A stretch of 64,000 nucleotides of DNA from Patescibacteria group bacterium (GCA_016861085.1 BOKR01000001.1:579271-643270), one strand, 5' to 3'. Positions 39,586 to 47,983 are shown, numbered from the stretch's first letter. Translations and numbers: made by a program. Notes: generated by a model from the sequence alone, not told the origin.

Positions 39586-39830
39586 AAGTGCAAGTGTTGG
39601 GATCGGGTTGTCCTACCTGTAAAAAACTCTACGAAATTACTCGAGAAGTAATCTCAGAATTACCTGAAACAGTTGAGCTTGAATATCTTACCGGAATTAA
39701 AGGTACCAGTAAAATAATTGAGCTGGGAGCAATAAGCAGCCCAGTGTTGGCAGTCGATAATAAAATCGCTATGGTTGGTTTTTCACCCGACAAAAAAAAG
39801 ATCAAAGCAGCTATTGTTAAAACTAGATAA
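39582..39830 (+). CDS. Small redox-active disulfide (thioredoxin-like) protein
   Basis: VLGSGCPTCKKL...SPVLAVD. Confidence 0.88.
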   Translation: MKVQVLGSGCPTCKKLYEITREVISELPETVELEYLTGIKGTSKIIELGAISSPVLAVDNKIAMVGFSPDKKKIKAAIVKTR

Positions 39831-39839
39831 AGAGAAAAT

Positions 39840-40817
39840 ATGGACATCTTTTCGCCACTCCAATCATTTGCAAACACAGTTACATACAATTGGTTTGGAA
39901 TTACAAAACAAAGCTATACAGCAGGGGTAGTAAACTTCTGGATTTATGACATTCTTAAGATTAGTATTTTACTTGTTATTATCAATTATTTTATGGCAAT
40001 TACTCGTTATTATTTTCCTATGGAAAAAGTAAGAGAGTTATTAACAAATAAAAACTGGTTTGGAACACAATATTTGCTTGCAGCAATTTTGGGAGTGGTA
40101 ACCCCTTTTTGTTCATGTTCATCAATTCCATTATTTATGGGTTTTTTATCTGCAGGGATACCACTTGGAATTACCTTCACTTTTTTGATTAGCTCTCCAC
40201 TGATCAATGAATCTTCATTGTTCTTGTTTCCAAGTGTTTTTGGAATAGAAGTTACTCTGTTATATAACTTACTTGGTATTGTCATCGCAATTACTGGTGG
40301 ATACTTTATTCAAAGAATGAAACTTGAAAAATATATCCAACCCGACATTCTTGCATTTACAAATAAAAGCCGACTTGTTCAAAAGTATGAAGGTCAAAAT
40401 ATTCCGTTCAAGGAGAAAGTAAAACTTTGGACACAAGAGATGTTGAACATAACGAAAAAAATCTATCCATACGTATTGCTGGGAGTGACACTTGGAGCAC
40501 TCATCCACGGTCTGGTACCAGATTCACTGGTTAATAGTGTCCTTTCGAAGTCATCAGGGTGGAGTGCCCCGACTGCAGTTTTACTTGGAATTCCGCTTTA
40601 TGCTAATTCCGTAAGCGTTGTTCCAATTATTGAGGCTCTTGTAAATAAAGGAGTACCACTGGGCACAGCTCTAGCTTTTATGACAGCAACTGTCACACTC
40701 TCAATACCAGAAGCTTTGATGCTTAAAACTGTATTAAAATGGCAATTACTTGCTATTTTTTTTGGCATAACTACTATTGGCATTGTTTTGATGGGATATT
40801 TATTTAATGCGTTATAA
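39840..40817 (+). CDS. DUF318/ArsP family permease
   Basis: TPFCSCSSIPLF, FLISSPL, GIPLYAN, GTALAFM, LSIPE. Confidence 0.9.
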   Translation: MDIFSPLQSFANTVTYNWFGITKQSYTAGVVNFWIYDILKISILLVIINYFMAITRYYFPMEKVRELLTNKNWFGTQYLLAAILGVVTPFCSCSSIPLFMGFLSAGIPLGITFTFLISSPLINESSLFLFPSVFGIEVTLLYNLLGIVIAITGGYFIQRMKLEKYIQPDILAFTNKSRLVQKYEGQNIPFKEKVKLWTQEMLNITKKIYPYVLLGVTLGALIHGLVPDSLVNSVLSKSSGWSAPTAVLLGIPLYANSVSVVPIIEALVNKGVPLGTALAFMTATVTLSIPEALMLKTVLKWQLLAIFFGITTIGIVLMGYLFNAL

Positions 40818-41069
40818 CTCACTGAAGAAGCAATTAAAACAACTGCATTTAAAATTTCTCAGAAATACATAGGTGCTTGGCCACACTGTGAAAAAGAAGT
40901 AGCTCAAAAAACAGACTACAGTGAGACTCTAGTAATAATCTTGAACGACTCTTACTCTGCCCAAGCAGAAGAAATTGCCAAAAAACTTGGGGCAATAGTT
41001 GAATCGCTACCAGAGGGAGAAACGAAACCTTCAAGCGATATTTTAGTCATTGTTGGAAGTGACTTTTAA
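40818..41069 (+). pseudogene. Headless LytR C-terminal-domain fragment
   Basis: 83 open codons with no ATG, right after the permease TAA: ...DYSETLVI...AEEIAKKLGAIVESLPEGETKPSSDILVIVGSDF*. Confidence 0.7.
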
Positions 41070-41093
41070 CCTCAGTAATAAGTCCTATAGTAA

Positions 41094-41217
41094 TTGAATT
41101 ATCCAAAAAAGATGGTATAATATAGGTTGTGGAAGTGAACTTTTGACTTCGCGTCTGCTTAGTAGCTTCCGCAATTGCAACTTAAAACCTCAAATCTTTT
41201 TCCCAATAGGTAACCTA
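41094..41217 (+). promoter_or_regulatory. Promoter (TTGAAT-16-TATAAT, extended -10) and structured leader
   Basis: TGGTATAAT 41113-41121; stem GGTTGTGGAAG/CTTCCGCAATT 41125-41176. Confidence 0.6.
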
Positions 41218-41517
41218 ATGAGCCACAAAAAAATTCTTCTTATCTTTCTCCTTCTGTCGTTGTTAACTATGTTGGTCACGGCCTGCATTCCGAAGGTTGG
41301 TGAAATCTGGTACATTCACCAGACCAAACTGGTGAATCCGGCGGACTATTCAACAGTCCGCGAATGGTATCAAACTCGAACTGACAACTGCCATCTGCAA
41401 CCAGGTGCAGTTGAAATTCTGGAAGGGCCAAAAAATGGCCTTTATCTCCTCGAGTCTGGCAGTTGCCAGGGCTGGGGACCAGGTGAGTGGCTATATACTA
41501 CTCCAAAAAAAGAATAG
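41218..41517 (+). CDS. Small putative lipoprotein with SH3-like mature part
   Basis: MSHKK-hydrophobic-LVTAC lipobox; PG.VEILEGP....Y....CQGW.P.EWL. Confidence 0.7.
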   Translation: MSHKKILLIFLLLSLLTMLVTACIPKVGEIWYIHQTKLVNPADYSTVREWYQTRTDNCHLQPGAVEILEGPKNGLYLLESGSCQGWGPGEWLYTTPKKE

Positions 41518-41557
41518 AGGTTTTATCCTGGGCCGCCCGACGGGCGGCCCAAACCTC
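41517..41557 (+). other. GC-rich 3' stem-loop without U-tract
   Basis: GAGGTTT-tatcct-GGGCCGCCC-gac-GGGCGGCCC-AAACCTC. Confidence 0.75.
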
Positions 41558-41589
41558 ATTACATTTATAGAAAAAATTTACTAAACAAA

Positions 41590-42174
41590 TTACACTAACT
41601 CAAATTTCTTAACTGTAATTTTGCACGCATCCATATGTTCTGAATCGCCTTTTATTTGCTCAATATAGTAAGTATCTGTCATCATCTTTTTATAGTCACT
41701 AACTTTTTCAAGAAACTCAATACCAACCATATGATCGTACTCATGTTGGATTACTCTCCCTAAAATCCCATCTGCAGTAAATCTAAATTTTTTACCATTC
41801 CTATCATAAGCTTCAACAGTAATCTGTCTTGGACGTTCGACTGGACCAAACAACCTTCCATTCAAAACACTGCCACAACCCTCATAAATAATAACCGTTT
41901 TTTTTGACAGCTCTACAATCTTGGGATTTATAAATATTCTTAGTTCATCTGCCTGATCTTTAGGTCTCGTATTTGTTTCCCTTGGCTCGGTAATAAAAAC
42001 TTGATAATTTTCACCAATTTGTGGTGCCGCCATACCAATTAACCCAGCTGCATTCATAGAATCTTTCAAATCCTGAATCACTTGTTGCAACTTTGGATCG
42101 TTGAAGTCTGTGACTTTCTTATTTTTTGCTTTTAGTACTGGATTACCAATTTGAATTGTTTCTCTAACGGCCAT
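41590..42174 (-). CDS. def: Peptide deformylase
   Basis: IGMAAPQIG, EGCGS, QHEYDH. Confidence 0.93.
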   Translation of the reverse strand: MAVRETIQIGNPVLKAKNKKVTDFNDPKLQQVIQDLKDSMNAAGLIGMAAPQIGENYQVFITEPRETNTRPKDQADELRIFINPKIVELSKKTVIIYEGCGSVLNGRLFGPVERPRQITVEAYDRNGKKFRFTADGILGRVIQHEYDHMVGIEFLEKVSDYKKMMTDTYYIEQIKGDSEHMDACKITVKKFELV

Positions 42175-42191
42175 ATTCTCTCCTTTTGTAC

Positions 42192-43097
42192 TTATAAATA
42201 ACCCAATTTCTTCAAATTATTCACACACCACGTGTAAGTTCTTGGGTCATATGATTTTGAATTGATAAACAACAATGAATAATAGGCCAGATAGATATCA
42301 ACCATTTTAAAATCATCTGGGTAATTTTGTTTTGCTTTTTCCAGCAAATACTTTTTTACATTCTCTCCAATTCCTTCAGTAACACATGCAAAATATACTA
42401 ATCCAGTCACATCCATGATGTGGTCACCAATAACAGTCAATGAGCTAAAATCAAGTAAACCAGTTATGGATCCTTTATCATCAGCCAGTATGTTCTCAAA
42501 AAAGATATCACCATGTACTAAATTTTTCTGAGGATTTTTGGATAATTTTGGCAAAGCTGAATTAAAGAAGTAATCAAAAACTTTACCAATATCGGCAATA
42601 TCGTGATCTGGTTTTGTGATCACTTCCTGCTTTGTGATAGCCAGTTTCATTCCGAGAAATTCCGTCCAGGTATTTGCTTGCAACTTCCCCATAGAACTAG
42701 ATAAAATTTGTCCATACTTACCAGATATAGTAATTTTTTTAAGTTCCTCCAGCAAAGCAAAATAGTTGTTTAACAATGCGATTTTCACTTCCTCAGATGC
42801 AGTTAGATATACAACATGCCCAGCTTTCCCAAACAATTTCTTTTCAACTGTGTACGTTTTACTGTCTACTGTACCGATTTCATAGATCTCTGGTATATAT
42901 ATTTGCATTTGGTCTGCAAGCATTTCATACAGTTGTTGGCGCTCCTGCAGCTGGTTTATTTTTGCGTGCTTATCGCGCCAAATCTTGATTACTTTGTCAT
43001 CAAAATAATCATATACATACCCTTCCATACCACTGCCAAGCAATTGAGGACTCTGAATATTGAGTGTTTCAAGGAGTATTTTATGATCTGGAAGCAT
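42192..43097 (-). CDS. APH/choline kinase-like phosphotransferase
   Basis: LGSGMEG.VY, VIK, LVHGDIFFENIL, LLDF. Confidence 0.85.
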   Translation of the reverse strand: MLPDHKILLETLNIQSPQLLGSGMEGYVYDYFDDKVIKIWRDKHAKINQLQERQQLYEMLADQMQIYIPEIYEIGTVDSKTYTVEKKLFGKAGHVVYLTASEEVKIALLNNYFALLEELKKITISGKYGQILSSSMGKLQANTWTEFLGMKLAITKQEVITKPDHDIADIGKVFDYFFNSALPKLSKNPQKNLVHGDIFFENILADDKGSITGLLDFSSLTVIGDHIMDVTGLVYFACVTEGIGENVKKYLLEKAKQNYPDDFKMVDIYLAYYSLLFINSKSYDPRTYTWCVNNLKKLGYL

Positions 43098-43128
43098 GGG
43101 TCTTATTCTATCATGTGTATAATCTACT

Positions 43129-43154
43129 AAAAAGAGCCCCATAAGGGGCTCTTT
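43129..43154 (-). terminator. Intrinsic terminator after the RRM gene
   Basis: AAAGAGCCCC-loop-GGGGCTCTTT with U-run on the minus strand. Confidence 0.75.
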
Positions 43155-43177
43155 CTATTTCAATAGCAACTAATAGA

Positions 43178-43528
43178 TTAATATCTATTTGGTCTACCGC
43201 CACCGAAGTTACTTCGGCCGCCACCACGTCTATCACCACCACGATCTTCTCTTGGTGCTTTTGGACGAGCAACGTTGACGATGATTTGTCTTCCATCGAG
43301 TTCAGTGCCATTTAGAGCTTCAATAGCTGCTTGAGCACTTTCTTCGGTTGTGAAAGTCACAAATGCAATTCCCTTTGATCTACCAGACATTCTGTCTGTG
43401 ATCAATACTGCGTCTTCGATTTCGCCGTATTGGGAAAAGGTACTTACTATCATGTCCTTTGTGGTTCCCCACGAAAGGTTCCCAACGAAAAGTTTTCTTG
43501 GGTTTTCTACTTGTGGTGCGTCTTGCAT
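43178..43528 (-). CDS. RRM (RNP-1) RNA-binding protein with Gly/Arg tail
   Basis: KLFVGNL (RNP2), RSKGIAFV (RNP1), VNVARP, GGDRRGGG. Confidence 0.95.
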   Translation of the reverse strand: MQDAPQVENPRKLFVGNLSWGTTKDMIVSTFSQYGEIEDAVLITDRMSGRSKGIAFVTFTTEESAQAAIEALNGTELDGRQIIVNVARPKAPREDRGGDRRGGGRSNFGGGRPNRY

Positions 43529-43717
43529 TCCACTCCTTCATGTCCATCATTTGATGAACAAATACGCTCAGCATAAACTGAGCTTTACTACTCAGCTTAG
43601 AACAAAGAAAATCTAGTGGAAAATAAGATGGACTTAAGTCCAAGACACCTACTGTTCAAAACTGTATTCATTATAGCACAGCTTCACTAAAAGTACATAC
43701 TGTGTTTTAATTAAAGC

Positions 43718-44062
43718 ATGAAAGATCCGCTCATTTACCCCAAACAAGTGTTGAAAAATTTTCAGGCTTCAGTCACAAAAATCAGCGATATAGCTGAAAA
43801 TGAAGGTGGAATTGTAGCTATCAACGGCAAAAACTATGCCGTTTTTAAGAAATCGGCCACTGAACTAATTATTCTAGCCTCAATCTGTACACACATGAGA
43901 TGCCAAATTAAATGGAACTCTACTCAAAAAACCTGGGATTGCCCTTGCCACGGTTCAAGGTTTAGCGTAGAAGGGGTTGTTATCCAAGGTCCAGCTACAA
44001 AGCCGTTGCAAAGAATAACGCTACCAACTTCCCCCACCCCCTCCACCTCCTCCTCCGCCTGA
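43718..44062 (+). CDS. Rieske [2Fe-2S] domain protein
   Basis: CTHMRC...WDCPCHGSRF...GPA. Confidence 0.92.
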   Translation: MKDPLIYPKQVLKNFQASVTKISDIAENEGGIVAINGKNYAVFKKSATELIILASICTHMRCQIKWNSTQKTWDCPCHGSRFSVEGVVIQGPATKPLQRITLPTSPTPSTSSSA

Positions 44063-45778
44063 TGAGCCACCAGAAAATCCAGATCCACCACTTGAACTAG
44101 AAGAATTGGGATTGTATGCCAGACTGTTTCCGACCTCAGTACTAAAGCCACTGACAAAATCTGCAACAGTCCAGGTTGCTAAATGCGCTGTAGAAATATA
44201 CTCAGGGGGTTTGATCTGTAATTCTTCCATATCTTTTGCCAACTGTTTCACCACCCCTAACGACACGGCAAATGGCAAGACTTCTTCAATAAACAAGTGC
44301 TTTTCTTTTATTTTTTCTCTCCAGGCACCACGGTTAATCGTGGCTCGTAGCCCCCTTGCTTGCAAACAAAGATTGGTTCCAACTGCTGTTTTTTGTGGTA
44401 AGTTGTATCCAAGTAGCATTCCGACAGGAAATTGTAGAACTAAGAGAAAAACTGGCCATACTATTCCCAGTGGCAAGACTGTAACGCTCAACACCCAAAA
44501 AACTCCAGCTAACAAAATAATAAAGATAACTAACCCCAATGCTCTCACCTTCATGGGTTTGTCAGTATAGGCTTTTTTTTCAACTAACGCCGACTCAAGC
44601 TTTCCTTTTGCTGCATCTATAGTCAGGTAAAAAGTACCTTTTAACTTTGAAAGCTGGACCACATCACCTGTTTTGAAGAGTTCTGTGAATAAATATGCCT
44701 GCACATTACTTAAACCTGCCATATTTTCTGAGAGTTTTGTGAACTCATAATCCCTGGTGATAGAAAATAAAACCTTTTTTTCTGTAACTGAAATTTTTAA
44801 CTTTTTTTTCCGTGCCAATTCTAAGATTTCAGCTACAATGTCTTGTATATCAACTCGTTCATCTAGTAGTGCACCGGATTCTCCAGGTGTAATATCTTTT
44901 AAAGGTTCGTACACCATTGGTTCCCGGGCATTAAACTGCACAGGTCGTAAACGGGCTGGTTTACTCGCGTCCATATCAAAAACATTTTGAGAAATAAATT
45001 CAAAATCTCGACCCTTTTTATACCACCACAGAAACATTACCAAAACAGGGACAGGCAAAAGCACAATTGGCCAATTATGTTTGAGCCAAAGGAAAAACAG
45101 TTCTGTTTGCGTAGGAAACTGTAGTTGACTTTCTTTTGGCAACCGTACCACGATTGTCATATTGTCACCGTAGGATATTTGATCAAGGTACGTGAAAGTG
45201 GCTTGGTTTTTTCCAAGTTCGAAATTACATTGACCATCGTCACTACCAATTGGACCACTATAACAAGCTAGTTCTTGTAGCTCAGCAAACTGCGAAATGA
45301 CTGTCGCTGAACTTTTTTGAATTGGGATTTGCCACCCTTCGCCTGTAATATCCCAAAATAATTCGTTATGATTTTCGAACTGGTTAATACCACGCTCAAC
45401 CGTATAAGTAATCACGTAGTTCTTTTCTCCAGAAAAGGTTGTGTCAGGGTCTCCAATCTTCAATGTTAAAAACCTACCGTCTGAAGACCTTGTAAATGGA
45501 ATTGGGTTTCCTTGATCATCTGAAACTGCGACATCGTAAATGGGGAGTCTTTCAACTTGTCCACCCTTGTTGTAAGTTGTGGGAATGTATCTATAGATTC
45601 CATGCCTATTGTCAGTAGTTGTGTACTGGATTTGCTCAGTGATAGTGAGTGAGGTGTCTTGATTGATCTCAATTATGGAATAAAAAGAATTGATGGTTTC
45701 TGAGGCAAAAATAGGCGAAGTTTGAAAAAATAAAAAACCAGCAAGTCCAAAAAGCAAACTCTTAAGAAGCTTTTTCAT
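44021..45778 (-). CDS. DUF2207 membrane protein
   Basis: E.I..F...I.IN.D..L.ITE, HGIYR.IP, ELFWD..G..W, LPFAVSLG, Gly-rich GGGGGSW end. Confidence 0.92.
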   Translation of the reverse strand: MKKLLKSLLFGLAGFLFFQTSPIFASETINSFYSIIEINQDTSLTITEQIQYTTTDNRHGIYRYIPTTYNKGGQVERLPIYDVAVSDDQGNPIPFTRSSDGRFLTLKIGDPDTTFSGEKNYVITYTVERGINQFENHNELFWDITGEGWQIPIQKSSATVISQFAELQELACYSGPIGSDDGQCNFELGKNQATFTYLDQISYGDNMTIVVRLPKESQLQFPTQTELFFLWLKHNWPIVLLPVPVLVMFLWWYKKGRDFEFISQNVFDMDASKPARLRPVQFNAREPMVYEPLKDITPGESGALLDERVDIQDIVAEILELARKKKLKISVTEKKVLFSITRDYEFTKLSENMAGLSNVQAYLFTELFKTGDVVQLSKLKGTFYLTIDAAKGKLESALVEKKAYTDKPMKVRALGLVIFIILLAGVFWVLSVTVLPLGIVWPVFLLVLQFPVGMLLGYNLPQKTAVGTNLCLQARGLRATINRGAWREKIKEKHLFIEEVLPFAVSLGVVKQLAKDMEELQIKPPEYISTAHLATWTVADFVSGFSTEVGNSLAYNPNSSSSSGGSGFSGGSSGGGGGGGGGGSW

Positions 45779-45822
45779 ATGTCTTAGTATGAACCAAGAT
45801 ACTTTAAAAAAAAAGCAATGCT

Positions 45823-46800
45823 TTATTTGTCCACTTTGGCAAGTAAGATTTTGTCCGACTTAATGTGGGGAGACTGTCTATTTGTAACCAAGGCAGACTC
45901 AGCCTGAAAAACCTCAGAATCAATTGCAATCTCTTGATGTGGTGTAGTAACACTCAAAGTAAAATCATCAAGAAGCTGCCTATGAACTACTATTTCCCTT
46001 GGAATTTTTAGCCCAAGTTTTAACGCAATAAGTTCTAGTAAAAACTTTGCTATGAAACTACTCGGCTCTGATTGTAATCTGTCTTGACCCTCTATTGTAT
46101 GTAAAATTGCGGTTTGCTGTTCTTTTACCGGGAGTTTGAATTTACTCGTCCAATACGGCAGTGCTGCACTAATGATTCCAAAATCTATGACACTTTTGTT
46201 TTTTAAACCTGAACCAGAAATATACACTGGTTCAAATTCTCTTAGTTGCAATAACTTTCTAATAGTACCTGCATATCTTCTTTTAAAATCGCTTGCACCA
46301 ATTGATCTAAGCAACTCAATCTCAGATAAAACAGCAGCTGAAAAACCTGCGTGAATACTCCAAAGAAAAGGATGTTCAGTGTTTTGAAGTTCAGTTCTTA
46401 ATGTAGTAGTTAGTGGACGTACTGTCTTTACTTGATACTCTCCCATTAGAACTTGACCTACAGTTGCGACAGACCTTCCGTATGATCCAACGCTCTTTGC
46501 AAGGACATTTTCACCGCCTAACCCAAGTGGAGTAATGACAATTCCGCTTTGCAAATCACTTGTGAGTAATAGGTTTAGTAAACTAAATGAGCTTCCATCA
46601 CCGCCAAGCACAAAAATATGCGAAAGAGACTCAAACAACTTGTTTAATTGGTCACTTTGTAAGGCAAAAAAATCTTTGATATCTAAAGTATCGAGTTCAT
46701 GAATTGAGTTAATTTCGTCGGCAAGTTTAGTAGCATGACCGTTTCCAGCACGTTTGTTGACGAGTAAAAGTGATTTTTTTGCTAAGCGTTCGGATATCAT
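45823..46800 (-). CDS. Diacylglycerol kinase family protein (divergent)
   Basis: LVNKRAGNG, LGGDGS, LGGENVLAKS, AGFSA, IDSE; ATG at 46800. Confidence 0.75.
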   Translation of the reverse strand: MISERLAKKSLLLVNKRAGNGHATKLADEINSIHELDTLDIKDFFALQSDQLNKLFESLSHIFVLGGDGSSFSLLNLLLTSDLQSGIVITPLGLGGENVLAKSVGSYGRSVATVGQVLMGEYQVKTVRPLTTTLRTELQNTEHPFLWSIHAGFSAAVLSEIELLRSIGASDFKRRYAGTIRKLLQLREFEPVYISGSGLKNKSVIDFGIISAALPYWTSKFKLPVKEQQTAILHTIEGQDRLQSEPSSFIAKFLLELIALKLGLKIPREIVVHRQLLDDFTLSVTTPHQEIAIDSEVFQAESALVTNRQSPHIKSDKILLAKVDK

Positions 46801-46823
46801 GTGGAAATTATAAATTATATGTA

Positions 46824-46867
46824 GGGTTATGCCCTGCTGGTTTATGGCCAGCAGGGCATGACAACCC
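46824..46867 (-). other. GC-rich 3' stem-loop without U-tract
   Basis: Minus strand GGGTT-gtc-ATGCCCTGCTGGCC-ata-AACCAGCAGGGCAT-AACCC. Confidence 0.75.
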
Positions 46868-46879
46868 GTTTGTATTTCA

Positions 46880-47164
46880 TTAAGGTGTAGCCACCGGGGG
46901 GGTGGCAATGGCCGGGGCGGCCGTGAGGGTGGGGGTAATGGAGGGGGTAGGAGAAATTGTGGGGGGGGCCGGGTTCATTACCGCCTCGGGAGAGACGGAA
47001 ACGGAAGTGGCCATTGGGGTGCTGACACTCGTGCTGGCAGGCGCAGTCTGCGCCACTGGCACCTCTTGGGGCGCCGGGCCAGTTACATCGGAGTCACCAC
47101 CACCACCGCAAGCGGCCAGAGTCAACAATAAAACCAACAAACTAATCAAGATTTTCGTTTTCAT
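46880..47164 (-). CDS. Small Pro/Thr/Ser-rich putative lipoprotein, high GC
   Basis: MKTK-hydrophobic-LAAC lipobox, GGGG, then low-complexity PTS tail; alternative ATG at 47176. Confidence 0.72.
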   Translation of the reverse strand: MKTKILISLLVLLLTLAACGGGGDSDVTGPAPQEVPVAQTAPASTSVSTPMATSVSVSPEAVMNPAPPTISPTPSITPTLTAAPAIATPPVATP

Positions 47165-47456
47165 GAGTTTCACCATTCTGCCAGCTGCACATTGGGCAAG
47201 CTGGCCATAAATTTCAAAAAATCACCCACACTCACCAGGAAAGTGTAGGTGCGATCAGTATCAAAAACCAAAGTAACAAAAAAGTCACAGTCCATTTCCA
47301 ATACTGATCGCATCACAGCAATCTTGGCAATCAAAGCCTTAAATAAATACAATAAACGAGTTGTTAAAGATCATATTCTCTAGTACGTTTCAGCGCAAAG
47401 CCAGAGGCACTACAAAAATACACTATAAGTGTAGCATCCAGACGATAAAATGTCAA
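47165..47456 (-). promoter_or_regulatory. Consensus promoter and ~255-nt structured leader with boxA
   Basis: TTGACA-17-TACACT (47456-47428); TGATCTTTAACAA boxA-like (47373-47361); 12-bp perfect stem 47250-47261/47301-47312; further hairpins 47223-47251 and 47180-47205. Confidence 0.7.
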
Positions 47457-47466
47457 TTATTATAGG

Positions 47467-47886
47467 TTATTTACGCCTGACAGTCAGCTTCTTTGGTTCA
47501 GCCATTGCCGACTTATGAAACTTAACAGTCAAAACCCCATCTTCAAGCTCTACCTCTGGTTCTCTGTTTTGGTCAAGCATGCCAGGCACACTGACCTTGT
47601 ATGAGTAGTCCCAGGAAGACTTACTAAAATATTTGTTCTGCTTATCTTCATCCTTTTCAGTTCTCTGGGCTTGAATCCATAGAACTCCTTTTTCAAAGGT
47701 AACGTCAATGTCATCAGAAGTTACACCTGCAACATTAGCTTTCACTACAACTTCCGTATCTGTTTCAAATAAATCAAGGTTGTTAGCAAAAGCGTTGGTA
47801 AGCATTGAAAAGTCATCATCATCCCAAATGCTTGGCCATCTTGGAGAATTAGTTAATAATGATCGAAATGGTACTAGATGTTTCAT
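47467..47886 (-). CDS. Hsp20/alpha-crystallin small heat shock protein
   Basis: DLFET..EVVVKANVAG...DIDV...GVL.I, EDGVLTV.F.K. Confidence 0.92.
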   Translation of the reverse strand: MKHLVPFRSLLTNSPRWPSIWDDDDFSMLTNAFANNLDLFETDTEVVVKANVAGVTSDDIDVTFEKGVLWIQAQRTEKDEDKQNKYFSKSSWDYSYKVSVPGMLDQNREPEVELEDGVLTVKFHKSAMAEPKKLTVRRK

Positions 47887-47945
47887 AGCACGAGTCCTTT
47901 CATATATTAAATTATACCTATATGGCGATACTTATTGATCTGCCA

Positions 47946-47983
47946 TTAGCAATAATATAATACAACTGCTAATTATTTGTCAA
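47946..47983 (-). promoter_or_regulatory. CIRCE-like operator overlapping the hsp20 promoter
   Basis: TTAGCAata-N9-aacTGCTAA (27 bp, CIRCE geometry) next to TTGACA at 47978-47983. Confidence 0.6.

Noticed and set aside
44021..44105. CCT/CCA-rich repeat-like tract and convergent overlap with the Rieske gene
   Set aside because: Encodes the normal Gly/Ser tail of DUF2207 proteins
46902..47210. 102-aa plus-strand Gly/Val-rich ORF
   Set aside because: Antisense shadow of the GC-rich Pro/Thr lipoprotein gene
47170..47352. 60-aa ORF in the lipoprotein leader
   Set aside because: TTG start, no SD or family signal; it coincides with strong hairpins better explained as RNA structure
47381..47412. 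GCGCAAAGCC on the plus strand resembling a c-di-GMP-I riboswitch core
   Set aside because: No upstream GGCAAA/GAAA P2 element, and it is antisense to the promoter direction
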